From Fidelibacterota bacterium (GTDB taxonomy: Bacteria; Fidelibacterota; Marinisomatia; Marinisomatales; Marinisomataceae): a stretch of DNA of 64,000 nucleotides. Both the position numbers and the translations under genes were made by a program. Within the stretch, counting starts at the first letter, position 1; each line of letters starts with the position of its first letter. Where the stretch lies: assembly GCA_028140795.1 (NCBI GenBank), contig JAOIOW010000004.1:300-64299 (forward strand), written 5' to 3'. A model generated the notes under the pieces. It saw nothing but the letters and a program-made list of their open reading frames with translations. It was not told the origin of the DNA and did not search any database. Shown one piece after another: positions 41,996 to 51,471 of the stretch.

Positions 41996-44344
41996 ATGTC
42001 TGATTCAATAAGAATATTCCAGTTAGCAAAAGAGCTAAATATATCTCATACTGATATTTTAGACTTTTTAAAGTCAAAAGATATTTCTGTATCTAGTCAT
42101 ATGTCTCCAATTGACGGTAAAACACAACAATTAGTTTATACAGAGTTTGCAAAAGATCGTCAATCTGCAGAAAGAGACAGAAAAGAGCAGGTTAGAAAAG
42201 AGATTCATGACTCAAAAGTTGTCATGAAAACAAAATCTGTCAAAAAGTTCAAAATTATGTCTGTTGAAGATCAACGTAAATCAGAGAAGAAAAAAGCTGA
42301 AGAGCCAATTAAGGATGAAAAAGACAGTAAAAAGACTGAAGCAAAAAAAGAGGCTCCTGTTGAGAAAAAACCAAAGAAAAAATTAAGAAAAATCTCTTTA
42401 CGTGAACCAGAAAAGAAAGAGGATAAAAAGCAGGCTAAAAAACATAGAGATGAACTGAAAAAAGATAGTTCTGCTGTTAAAAGATTGAAGAAGACACTTG
42501 CTTCTATGGATTCAAGTCCTAAGAAAAAATCATACAAGAAATCGAAAAAAGATGTTGAGCTAGAAGATGGAGATCAAAAAAGATCAATTGAGCTTGCTGA
42601 ATATGCTAGTATTGATGAAATAGCTAAAGTTTTAGACGTATCAACTAGTGAAGTAATTGGTAAATGCTTACAAATGGGTATTTTAGCAACTGTAAATCAA
42701 AGACTTGAATGGGATGTCATAGAATTAATTGCTGGAGAATATGATGTTGAATTGAAGAAATATGAAGAAGTTGTTGATGACTTGTTTGTAACGTCTCACT
42801 CAGAAGAAGAATTATCAAATGCGATAGAAAGAGCTCCGGTTGTAACAATTATGGGACACGTAGACCATGGTAAAACGTCCATTTTAGACTACATAAGAAA
42901 AACAAAAGTTGCTGCAGGGGAATCAGGAGGAATAACACAAAGAGTTGGAGCTTATCAGGTTTTACATAATGATAATAAAATTACTTTTTTAGATACACCT
43001 GGACATGAAGCTTTTACTGCTATGAGAGCAAGAGGTGCTCAATCAACAGATATTGTTATTCTTGTAGTTGCTGCTGATGACAGTGTTATGCCTCAAACAA
43101 TTGAAGCTATTAATCATGCAAAAGCAGCGGAAGTCCCAATCGTAGTAGCTATTAACAAGATTGATAAGCAAGGCGCTAATCCTGATATTGTTAAAAGAGA
43201 ATTATCTGAAAAAGATGTTTTAGTGGAAGACTGGGGAGGTAAAATTCAATCTGTACATACGTCTGCTCAAACAGGTGAAGGTATAGATGATTTAATGGAA
43301 GCAATTTTACTTGAGGCGGAAGTATTAGACCTGAAAGCAAATCAAGATATTGATTGCAAAGGTATTGTAATAGATTCAAGATTAGATAAAGGATTAGGTC
43401 CAGTTGCAACCGTCTTAATTCAAAAAGGTACTTTAAGCATAGGAACTCCATTCATTTGTAATAATCACCCTGGTAAGGTTCGAGCAATTATGAATGAAAA
43501 CAATGAAAGAATCACTGAAGCTAGACCATCAGATCCAGTCCAAATTCTAGGTTTTGATCAAGTTCCTCAGGCTGGAGATATTTTTGCAGAAGTTGAAAAT
43601 GAGTCAGATTTAAAGAAAATAGCTAATGAACGTCAGAGAATTAAACGTGAAATTGATCTTCAGATGGTTCAAAAAACATCATTAGACAGTATATCAGCTC
43701 AGATTAAGGAAGGTGATATTAATAATTTAAATATCATTATTAAAGCCGATTCTGATGGTTCAATTGAAGCTTTAATACAAAGTATAGAAAAAATCAACAA
43801 TGATGAAGTTGGTGTAGATATTGTTCATAAAGGGGTTGGTAATGTTACCGAATCTGATGTTTTGTTAGCACAAGCTTCACAAGCAATTATTATTGGCTTT
43901 GGAGTTCAAATTCCATCAAATACCAAGCTATTAGCTAGTCAAAACAATGTAGAAATTAGAGCCTATAGTATTATTTATCAGATTGTTGAAGACGTTAAGA
44001 TGGCTGTTGAAGGATTATTAAAGCCAGATATGGTTGAAGAAGTTATCGGTGTTGCAGTAGTTAAAGAGTCATTTAAAATTCCTAAAATTGGTTTTATCGC
44101 TGGATCTCAAGTAGAATCTGGTAAAATTACACGTGATTGTTTTGTTAGGCTTATTCGCGAAGAAGAGGAGCTTGTTTCGAAAGGTTCAATTACCTCATTA
44201 AAGCGCTTTAAAGACGATGTAGCATCTGTTGATTCAGGTATGGAATGTGGAATTTCCGTTGAAGGTGTGAAAAAGTATTTTGAAGGCGACAGAATTGTTG
44301 CGTATAAAATAAATGAAATTAAGAGAACATTAGCAGACAGTTGA
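41996..44344 (+). CDS. infB: Translation initiation factor IF-2
   Basis: MGHVDHGKT, DTPGHEAF, NKID, SLKRFKDDV..V..G.ECG. Confidence 0.98.
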   Translation: MSDSIRIFQLAKELNISHTDILDFLKSKDISVSSHMSPIDGKTQQLVYTEFAKDRQSAERDRKEQVRKEIHDSKVVMKTKSVKKFKIMSVEDQRKSEKKKAEEPIKDEKDSKKTEAKKEAPVEKKPKKKLRKISLREPEKKEDKKQAKKHRDELKKDSSAVKRLKKTLASMDSSPKKKSYKKSKKDVELEDGDQKRSIELAEYASIDEIAKVLDVSTSEVIGKCLQMGILATVNQRLEWDVIELIAGEYDVELKKYEEVVDDLFVTSHSEEELSNAIERAPVVTIMGHVDHGKTSILDYIRKTKVAAGESGGITQRVGAYQVLHNDNKITFLDTPGHEAFTAMRARGAQSTDIVILVVAADDSVMPQTIEAINHAKAAEVPIVVAINKIDKQGANPDIVKRELSEKDVLVEDWGGKIQSVHTSAQTGEGIDDLMEAILLEAEVLDLKANQDIDCKGIVIDSRLDKGLGPVATVLIQKGTLSIGTPFICNNHPGKVRAIMNENNERITEARPSDPVQILGFDQVPQAGDIFAEVENESDLKKIANERQRIKREIDLQMVQKTSLDSISAQIKEGDINNLNIIIKADSDGSIEALIQSIEKINNDEVGVDIVHKGVGNVTESDVLLAQASQAIIIGFGVQIPSNTKLLASQNNVEIRAYSIIYQIVEDVKMAVEGLLKPDMVEEVIGVAVVKESFKIPKIGFIAGSQVESGKITRDCFVRLIREEEELVSKGSITSLKRFKDDVASVDSGMECGISVEGVKKYFEGDRIVAYKINEIKRTLADS

Positions 44345-44688
44345 ATAATAAACCGTTTTCAAGATCAGAGAGAGTATCACAACAAGTTTTAAAAACCATT
44401 AATGATATCTTAACTAGAGAGATGGATTTAAGGAAATATGGTTTTATCACTTTTTCTTCAGTTAAAATGACAGCTGATTTAAAACATGCAACTTTATATT
44501 ATAGTGTTTTAAACCCTACAAAAAAGATAGAAATTATTAACGAAGAACTGAACTTGCTTGTGCCGGTTTTTAGAAAATTTTTATCAGCATCTTTAAATTT
44601 AAGATCTACTCCAACATTAAAATTTTTCTATGATGATTCATTTGAGCAATTTGAAAAAATTGATAAGCTAATAAAAAAGATAGATTAG
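44341..44688 (+). CDS. rbfA: Ribosome-binding factor A
   Basis: R.ERV, V.MT.DL..A, LR.TP.LKF..D.S; follows infB. Confidence 0.92.
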   Translation: MNNKPFSRSERVSQQVLKTINDILTREMDLRKYGFITFSSVKMTADLKHATLYYSVLNPTKKIEIINEELNLLVPVFRKFLSASLNLRSTPTLKFFYDDSFEQFEKIDKLIKKID

Positions 44689-44689
44689 T

Positions 44690-45331
44690 ATGATTTACAA
44701 CATATATAAGCCAAAAGATTTGTCTTCTTTTTCAATTGTTAAAAAAGTAAAAAATATTACTAAAGAAAAGGTTGGACACTCAGGCACTTTAGATCCATTT
44801 GCAGACGGAGTGTTAGTGTTAGGTATTGGAAAATCGACCAAAAAATTATCAAATATCATACAATTTGATAAGACTTATGAAGGTATAATCAAATTAGGAG
44901 AAAAAACGGATTCAATGGATTTAACAGGCAACATTGTTGAAGAAAAAGAAGTTTGTGAAATTTCTGAACAAAGTTTAATTGATTGCGAGAATAAGTTTGT
45001 TGGAGAATTATTACAAAGAACTCCTATGTACTCAGCAAGGAAAATTAATGGAGTTCGACTCTATAAGCTTGCAAGAAAAAATATTGAAATCAAAACAAAT
45101 CCAAAGTTGATAACTATTAATAGCTTAAAAATTGAATCATTAGATGAAAATACTTTAAAAATCACTGTGGATTGTTCATCTGGAACTTATATAAGGGTGT
45201 TAGCAGAGGATATAGCAGAATATTTAGGTACTGTAGGTCATTTGATAAGCTTAACACGATTAAGTGTTGGTGAATATAGATTGAATGAATCGGTTACAAT
45301 AGAAAAATTTGAGGACAAATGGAAATCATAA
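44690..45331 (+). CDS. truB: tRNA pseudouridine(55) synthase
   Basis: KVGHSGTLDPFA.G, PMYSA.K..G..LY..AR, CSSGTYIR. Confidence 0.96.
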   Translation: MIYNIYKPKDLSSFSIVKKVKNITKEKVGHSGTLDPFADGVLVLGIGKSTKKLSNIIQFDKTYEGIIKLGEKTDSMDLTGNIVEEKEVCEISEQSLIDCENKFVGELLQRTPMYSARKINGVRLYKLARKNIEIKTNPKLITINSLKIESLDENTLKITVDCSSGTYIRVLAEDIAEYLGTVGHLISLTRLSVGEYRLNESVTIEKFEDKWKS

Positions 45332-46269
45332 AATCATTAAAAGATTTTAAAAAGTTATCAAATTCAGTTATAACTGTTGGTAATTACGACGGTATTCATA
45401 AAGGTCATCATGATGTACTATCTTATATTGTTGAAGAGGGCAAAAAAAGAAATATACCGTCTTGCTTAATTACATTTGATCCAAATCCTTTTTATGTGCT
45501 TTCTGATAAACCAGATTCAATAAATCTCCATAGTTTAGATGAAAAACTGGAAACTTTAAAAGAGATAGGTTTAGATATTGTGTTAATAATACCATTTGAC
45601 AAAGAGTTTTCATTAATGTCAGCTCAAATGTTTGCAGATACTGTGTTAAAAGATTTATTTAATCCAACTTTAATTTCTGTAGGTACAAATCACTATTTTG
45701 GACATAAAAAAGAAGGAGATTTTGAATTTTTAAAAGCTTTTTGCAGTGACAATAATATAGAACTTCATACGCCTGTAATGAGAGAACATAAGGGCAGTAC
45801 CATATCTAGCAGCTTAATTAGATCATTGATTTTAGATGGAAACTCAAGCAAGGTATATGATTATTTAGGAAGATTTTATGGATTTAATGCAACTGTTGTT
45901 TCTGGTTCAAATCGCGGAAAAACAATGAATTATCCAACAGCAAATTTTATTCCAACTTTTGAAAATCAGTTACTTCCGAGCACTGGAGTATATTTAACTA
46001 GGGTTTTCTTAGACGGAGAATGCTATTTTGGAATGATGAATGCTGGTGTCAGACCAACTTTTAATGAAAAAAAATTTGTTATGGAAGTTCACATTTTATC
46101 TGATAAATTCGGCAATCTATACGATAAGAATTTTTATATCGAGTTTTTAGATAAAATTCGAGATGAAAAAAAGTTTGAAAGTAAAGAATTACTAATCAAA
46201 CAAATTGAAAAAGATAAAGAAGTATGTATTGAATTAATAGATACTTTTAAGGAGAAATATGAAATATAG
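45319..46269 (+). CDS. ribF: Bifunctional riboflavin kinase/FAD synthetase
   Basis: GNYDGIHKGH, ISSS.IR, G..RG.T..YPTAN, RDEKKF. Confidence 0.95.
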   Translation: MEIIKSLKDFKKLSNSVITVGNYDGIHKGHHDVLSYIVEEGKKRNIPSCLITFDPNPFYVLSDKPDSINLHSLDEKLETLKEIGLDIVLIIPFDKEFSLMSAQMFADTVLKDLFNPTLISVGTNHYFGHKKEGDFEFLKAFCSDNNIELHTPVMREHKGSTISSSLIRSLILDGNSSKVYDYLGRFYGFNATVVSGSNRGKTMNYPTANFIPTFENQLLPSTGVYLTRVFLDGECYFGMMNAGVRPTFNEKKFVMEVHILSDKFGNLYDKNFYIEFLDKIRDEKKFESKELLIKQIEKDKEVCIELIDTFKEKYEI

Positions 46270-46528
46270 TAAAGAAACAAGTACACTTCTTCAAGACGCA
46301 GGTCTTGATGCAAAGAATGTCGGTAGTAGTGAAGCGCAAATTGCACTTCTAACTGATCGAATTAGATCATTGACAGAGCATGTAAAGATGCACAAGAAAG
46401 ATGTTCATTCAAAACATGGTTTAGTTAAGTTAGTGTCACAGCGAAAGAAGCTATTGAAATATTTAAGAAAAACTAAACTAGATAGTTATGATGAATTAAT
46501 AAAGAAACTATCGATAAGAGGAAGATAA
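46259..46528 (+). CDS. rpsO: 30S ribosomal protein S15
   Basis: GSSEAQIALLT.RI..L..H...HKKD.HS..GL...V..R..LL.YL. Confidence 0.97.
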   Translation: MKYSKETSTLLQDAGLDAKNVGSSEAQIALLTDRIRSLTEHVKMHKKDVHSKHGLVKLVSQRKKLLKYLRKTKLDSYDELIKKLSIRGR

Positions 46529-46536
46529 AGAAGAAA

Positions 46537-48615
46537 ATGATAAAAGTAGAAAAGAATATAGCGGGAAGACCGCTTAAAATAGAATCTGGACAAATCGCTA
46601 GACAAGCTGGTGGTTCCGTATTTATTAGTTATGGAGAAACAGCAATTTTAGCAACAGTATGTTGTTCATCTGAACCAAGAGAAGGCATTGACTTTTTACC
46701 AATGCAGGTTGAATACAGAGAAAAGCATTATGCGGGTGGAAAAATACCTGGAGGGTTCTTTAAAAGAGAGGCTAAACCTACAGATGCTGAGGTACTGACT
46801 TCACGTCTAACAGATAGACCTATTAGACCCTTAATACCTAAGAATTACAGGCATGAATTGCAAATTATGTTAACTACAATGTCATATGACGGTGTAAATA
46901 CACCAGATGTTGTCGCTGCTATTGGTGCTTCAGCAGCCTTATTATTGTCACCAGTACCATTCGATGGTCCTATTGCTTCAGTAAAAGTTGGATTAATTGA
47001 CGGAGAATATGTTTTAAATCCAACACATGAACAAATGGAATCATCAGATTTAGACTTAATGGTAACTGGAAAGAAAGATAAAATTTGTATGATTGAAGGT
47101 GGATCTAATTTTGTTCCGGAAAAAACAATTTTAGAAGCATTAGATGTAGCAATGGATGGAATTAACGACATTGTAGATCTTCAAATGGAGTTTTCAGAAC
47201 ATTTTGATAATTCTTATGAAATTGTTGATACAAAAGTTATAACAGAAGATATTGAAAAGTCTTTAGACGATGCTTACTTGTCAAAAATGGAAAAGATTTT
47301 TGATTTAGATACGAAGCAAGCAAGAGACGATGAATTTAATGCGATTGAGAAAGAAGCATTAGAACCATATCTTGAAGATGAAGAAATGTATCCAGAAGTT
47401 AAGAATCATATCAAAAATATGTTCAAAAACACAGTTAGAAAAACTGTTCTAGATAAAAAAGTTAGAGTTGATGGTAGAGGATTGGAAGATATTAGAGATA
47501 TTAGCGTTGTAGAATCTATCCTTCCAAGAGTTCATGGATCTGCATTGTTTACTCGCGGAGAAACTCAGTCTATTGCCGCTTTAACTTTAGGATCTAGTAG
47601 AGATGAGCAAATTATTGATTCAATGGCTAGTGATTATAAAAAATCATTCTTATTGCATTATAACTTTCCTCCATATTGTGTAGGAGAAACAGGTAGAATT
47701 GGTTTTACTAATAGACGTGAAATTGGTCATGGTCATTTAGCTGAAAGATCATTAAAACCTATATTACCATCTTTGGAAGAATTTCCATATACAGTTCGTA
47801 TTGTATCTGAAATTACCGAATCAAACGGTTCTTCCTCAATGGCATCTGTTTGCGGCGGCTCATTAGCAATGATGAATGCTGGTGTTCCTATTAAAGAGCA
47901 TGTGGCAGGTATTGCTATGGGTTTAATCATGGAAGATGATGATAATTACGCAGTTTTAAGTGACATCTTAGGTACCGAAGACTTTCTTGGAGACATGGAT
48001 TTCAAAGTAGCTGGTACAAAAGATGGAATTAGTGCAATTCAACTTGATTTAAAAGTTCCTGGTCTTTCTATGGATGTATTATCAAATGCACTTGAACAAG
48101 CAAATAAAGGTAGATTGCATATTTTAGGTGAAATGAATAAAGCAATTGATAAACCGAATGCATTGTCCCAATATGCGCCTCAAATTGAATCTTTTAAGAT
48201 TGACAAAGATAAGATTGGTGCGTTGATTGGTCCTGGAGGTAAAAATATTAAGGCTCTTCAGGAAAACGCAGAATGTGTTATTAATATTGAAGATGATGGT
48301 ACTGTCAGTGTATCAGCAGAAAACAAAGCAAAATTAGATAACGCAATATCTCAAATTAAAGCTGTAGTTCAAGATCCAGAAGTTGGAACTGTTTTCGATG
48401 GTAAAGTGACTAAAATTTTAGACTTTGGTGCTTTTGTTGAATTTGCTCCAGGAAGAGAAGGGCTAGTACACATTTCACAACTAGCATGGGAACGTGTTAA
48501 TAAAGTTGAAGATGTGCTTTCTGAGGGTGATGAAGTTAAGATAAAGCTATTTGAAATTGATAAACAAGGTCGTTTAAATTTCAGTATTAAACTTTTAACT
48601 GAAAAACCTGAATAA
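46537..48615 (+). CDS. pnp: Polyribonucleotide nucleotidyltransferase
   Basis: GKIPGGFFKRE, FTRGETQ, RREIGHG, SNGSSSMAS, GDMDFKVAG, KH and S1 domains. Confidence 0.98.
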   Translation: MIKVEKNIAGRPLKIESGQIARQAGGSVFISYGETAILATVCCSSEPREGIDFLPMQVEYREKHYAGGKIPGGFFKREAKPTDAEVLTSRLTDRPIRPLIPKNYRHELQIMLTTMSYDGVNTPDVVAAIGASAALLLSPVPFDGPIASVKVGLIDGEYVLNPTHEQMESSDLDLMVTGKKDKICMIEGGSNFVPEKTILEALDVAMDGINDIVDLQMEFSEHFDNSYEIVDTKVITEDIEKSLDDAYLSKMEKIFDLDTKQARDDEFNAIEKEALEPYLEDEEMYPEVKNHIKNMFKNTVRKTVLDKKVRVDGRGLEDIRDISVVESILPRVHGSALFTRGETQSIAALTLGSSRDEQIIDSMASDYKKSFLLHYNFPPYCVGETGRIGFTNRREIGHGHLAERSLKPILPSLEEFPYTVRIVSEITESNGSSSMASVCGGSLAMMNAGVPIKEHVAGIAMGLIMEDDDNYAVLSDILGTEDFLGDMDFKVAGTKDGISAIQLDLKVPGLSMDVLSNALEQANKGRLHILGEMNKAIDKPNALSQYAPQIESFKIDKDKIGALIGPGGKNIKALQENAECVINIEDDGTVSVSAENKAKLDNAISQIKAVVQDPEVGTVFDGKVTKILDFGAFVEFAPGREGLVHISQLAWERVNKVEDVLSEGDEVKIKLFEIDKQGRLNFSIKLLTEKPE

Positions 48616-48623
48616 TAAATGAT

Positions 48624-49721
48624 ATGAAAATAGGTATTCCAAAAGAAATTATTTCTCAAGAATATCGCGTTTCTATCAATCCAGAAACAGCAAAAATGCT
48701 TCTTCAAAGCTCTCATGAGCTATATGTTCAATCTGGTGCAGGTCAAGATAGTGGTTATAAGGATGAGGATTACTCATCTTTAGGGTGTACAATCGTTGAT
48801 TCTGCGTCAGAAGTTTTTGACAGATCAGAGTTGATTGTTAAGGTTAAAGAGCCATCATTAGAAGAAGTTGAAATGCTTTCAAATAAGGTAATTTTTACTT
48901 ATTTACACCTAAGTTCATCAAAAGAATTAACACAGAAGCTTATGGAATGCAATGTTACTGGATTAGCATATGAAACTGTGGTTATTAACAACCAAACTCC
49001 CATGTTAAAACCGATGAGCGAAATCGCTGGAAGACTATCTTTATTAGACAGTATAGAGCTTTTAAAGAAGAGTAAAGGTGGAAAAGGGAAGTTGATTGCT
49101 GGTACAAGCCTAGCTGATCCTGCAAATGTATTAATTATTGGTGGTGGTATCGTTGGATTAAATGCTATGCAGATGAGTTTAGGATTAGGTGCTAGTACAA
49201 CATTGTTAGATGTAAATAACGAACTATTGAATGATATTAAAAGTAGATATCCAGCAGTAAATGTTGGCGAATCCTCCAAACAGGTTATTGAGGGAATTTT
49301 ACCTATGGTAGATATTGTTGTTGGAGCTGTTTTAACTCCAGGAGGGAAACCTCCTACAGTTGTAACAAGAGATATGTTAAGTTTAATGGAACCCAAATCC
49401 ATTTTATCTGATGTATCTGTTGACCAAGGTGGATGTTTTGAGACCTCTAAACCAACTACACATGGAGATCCAACATATGAGGTGGATAACATTATTCATT
49501 ATTGTGTTAAGAATATTCCTTCAGCAGTTCCATTTACAGCAACTAATGCACTTAATGAAGCAACAAAGCCATTTATCCTTAAATTTGCTAATTCTGGATT
49601 GCATGGCATATTTAATGATGATAAACTTCTTATGGCCTTAAATACATATAACGGTAAGCTTACAAATGAAGAAGTTGCTGTTGCTCATTCGTTAGAATAT
49701 TCCGATCCAAAATCACTTTAA
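48624..49721 (+). CDS. ald: Alanine dehydrogenase
   Basis: IGIPKEI..QEYRV, KVKEP, PMSEIAGR, GGGIVG, DQGGCFETS.PTTH. Confidence 0.93.
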   Translation: MKIGIPKEIISQEYRVSINPETAKMLLQSSHELYVQSGAGQDSGYKDEDYSSLGCTIVDSASEVFDRSELIVKVKEPSLEEVEMLSNKVIFTYLHLSSSKELTQKLMECNVTGLAYETVVINNQTPMLKPMSEIAGRLSLLDSIELLKKSKGGKGKLIAGTSLADPANVLIIGGGIVGLNAMQMSLGLGASTTLLDVNNELLNDIKSRYPAVNVGESSKQVIEGILPMVDIVVGAVLTPGGKPPTVVTRDMLSLMEPKSILSDVSVDQGGCFETSKPTTHGDPTYEVDNIIHYCVKNIPSAVPFTATNALNEATKPFILKFANSGLHGIFNDDKLLMALNTYNGKLTNEEVAVAHSLEYSDPKSL

Positions 49722-49782
49722 ATATCTTTATTTATTATTTAAAGTATCACTTTAATTATATTTTTTATATATTATTAAAGCG

Positions 49783-50130
49783 ATGCTTGAATCAAATTCA
49801 AAACTATATTATAGTATAAAAGAAGTAAGTGAAATGACAGAGCTTAAGCCTTATGTTTTAAGGTATTGGGAATCTGAATTTCCGTCATTAAAACCAGCAA
49901 AAAATAAGGCTGGAAATAGAACCTATAAAAAGCAAGACATTCAAGTAATACTTGATATTAAGAAATTACTTTATGATAAAAAGTTTACTATTAAAGGGGC
50001 GGTTGAAGAGCTTAAAAACAGATCAACTAATACTTTACCAGAAAAAACATTATCTAATACTCAAGTATCAGCTTTAAATGAGATTAAAAACGAATTAAAA
50101 AATATTTTAAATATACTTAATAGGCACTAA
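49783..50130 (+). CDS. MerR family transcriptional regulator
   Basis: KLYYSIKEV...KPYVLRYWESEFP.L.P.KN..G.R.Y. Confidence 0.9.
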   Translation: MLESNSKLYYSIKEVSEMTELKPYVLRYWESEFPSLKPAKNKAGNRTYKKQDIQVILDIKKLLYDKKFTIKGAVEELKNRSTNTLPEKTLSNTQVSALNEIKNELKNILNILNRH

Positions 50131-50157
50131 GGGTAAGAGTCTATTATGGTAGCCACC

Positions 50158-50187
50158 AAAGCCTCTCATTTATTGAGAGGCTTTTTT
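50158..50187 (+). terminator. Intrinsic terminator
   Basis: AAAGCCTCTCA-loop-TGAGAGGCTTTTTT. Confidence 0.85.
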
Positions 50188-50269
50188 ATTTATTTAATTT
50201 ATATTTTTTCTTAATTTTTTAAGTGAAAATGCGAAATATTAAAAGAATTTTTATTAAGAAAGATTAATT

Positions 50270-50407
50270 GTGCGTATTTTCAATACAATAATTGTTGGTT
50301 TCGGTATATTTTTGGCATCTTTTCTAATACCAGTAATCGGTGCAGTTGTCTCGATTCCAATGAGTATTATAGGAGCATACTTTTATTATACATATGATAA
50401 GAATTAA
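50270..50407 (+). CDS. Small (45 aa) membrane protein, not in ORF track
   Basis: GTG..TAA reads MRIFNTIIVGFGIFLASFLIPVIGAVVSIPMSIIGAYFYYTYDKN; stop overlaps the msrA start region. Confidence 0.5.
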   Translation: MRIFNTIIVGFGIFLASFLIPVIGAVVSIPMSIIGAYFYYTYDKN

Positions 50408-50936
50408 AACATATTTAGTAATTTTTATTTCAATAACGGGGTTAGTAATGGCAAATAACACAGAAAATAAAAAAGCTGTATTTGCAGCTGGTTGTTTTTG
50501 GGGAGTTGAATCCACATTTCAACAAATGGATGGAGTGAAATCTACAACAGTAGGATATATTGGTGGAAAAGTTAAAAATCCTTCATATGAACTGGTATGT
50601 ACTGGATTGACAGGACATGCCGAAGCAGTAGAGATTGTTTATAATCCTAATGAAGTTACTTTTGAAAAGCTGGTAGATACTTTCTTTGAGCTTCATGATC
50701 CTACCACATTAAATCGTCAAGGCCCAGATATAGGTACTCAATATCGTTCAGCTGCATACTTTTCGAACGATGATGAAAAGCAAATTATTGAAAACAAAAT
50801 TAATACATTAAACGAATCAGGGAAATTTACTTCAAAAATCGTAACAGAGATTGAAGCTATTTCTGATTTTTACAATGCAGAAGATTATCATCAAGATTAT
50901 TACAAAAAAAGGGGAATAGACGGATGCGCTATTTAA
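50394..50936 (+). CDS. msrA: Peptide methionine sulfoxide reductase MsrA (possible signal peptide)
   Basis: GCFWGVE, GHAEAV, HDPT..NRQG.D.G.QYRS, AEDYHQ.Y. Confidence 0.96.
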   Translation: MIRIKTYLVIFISITGLVMANNTENKKAVFAAGCFWGVESTFQQMDGVKSTTVGYIGGKVKNPSYELVCTGLTGHAEAVEIVYNPNEVTFEKLVDTFFELHDPTTLNRQGPDIGTQYRSAAYFSNDDEKQIIENKINTLNESGKFTSKIVTEIEAISDFYNAEDYHQDYYKKRGIDGCAI

Positions 50937-51469
50937 TGGAGAATACAATGAAACTTAAAAACTATACATATCTACTAGCTTTATTAATGTTATTTGTCTT
51001 TACGACAGACCTGAATGGACAGTTTAGAAGAAAAAAAGTAAAACTTAGCCAGACTAATAAAATTGAAGAATTTATTAATGACTATATTCAAGATCCTTTT
51101 ATGATTGAACATATACAGTCATTACAATCTGAATTAGTAAAAATAGGTTTTGAAATATTACCTCCTGAAACAGATGGAGAAATGGAAGTTTTAATTAACT
51201 TTGAAGATTTTAATTTCGACCCATATTATGGTTCAACTGCAGATCCAAAAACTTCATCAATTATCTTTAGAGATCCAAAGACCAAGAAAGTATTTGCAAA
51301 ATTTCAAGCAAATCAAGTGCTTGCAGACGATGAATATAGTGGACCAATGACCAATGCTTTTGGAAGCACAACTTCAAATAATATGGGCTATGGCTCCTCA
51401 AACGATCAACCAATTGATGTAAACGCAATTATTCTTGATTGGATGCAACAAATTAAGAACTTCTATTAA
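50924..51469 (+). CDS. Hypothetical secreted protein
   Basis: Signal-peptide-like N-terminus; likely start ATG ~50948. Confidence 0.6.
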   Translation: MRYLMENTMKLKNYTYLLALLMLFVFTTDLNGQFRRKKVKLSQTNKIEEFINDYIQDPFMIEHIQSLQSELVKIGFEILPPETDGEMEVLINFEDFNFDPYYGSTADPKTSSIIFRDPKTKKVFAKFQANQVLADDEYSGPMTNAFGSTTSNNMGYGSSNDQPIDVNAIILDWMQQIKNFY

Positions 51470-51471
51470 AT

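Noticed and set aside
50394-50936. Selenocysteine recoding in MsrA
   Set aside because: The catalytic residue is a normal Cys codon (TGT), and no in-frame TGA interrupts the gene.
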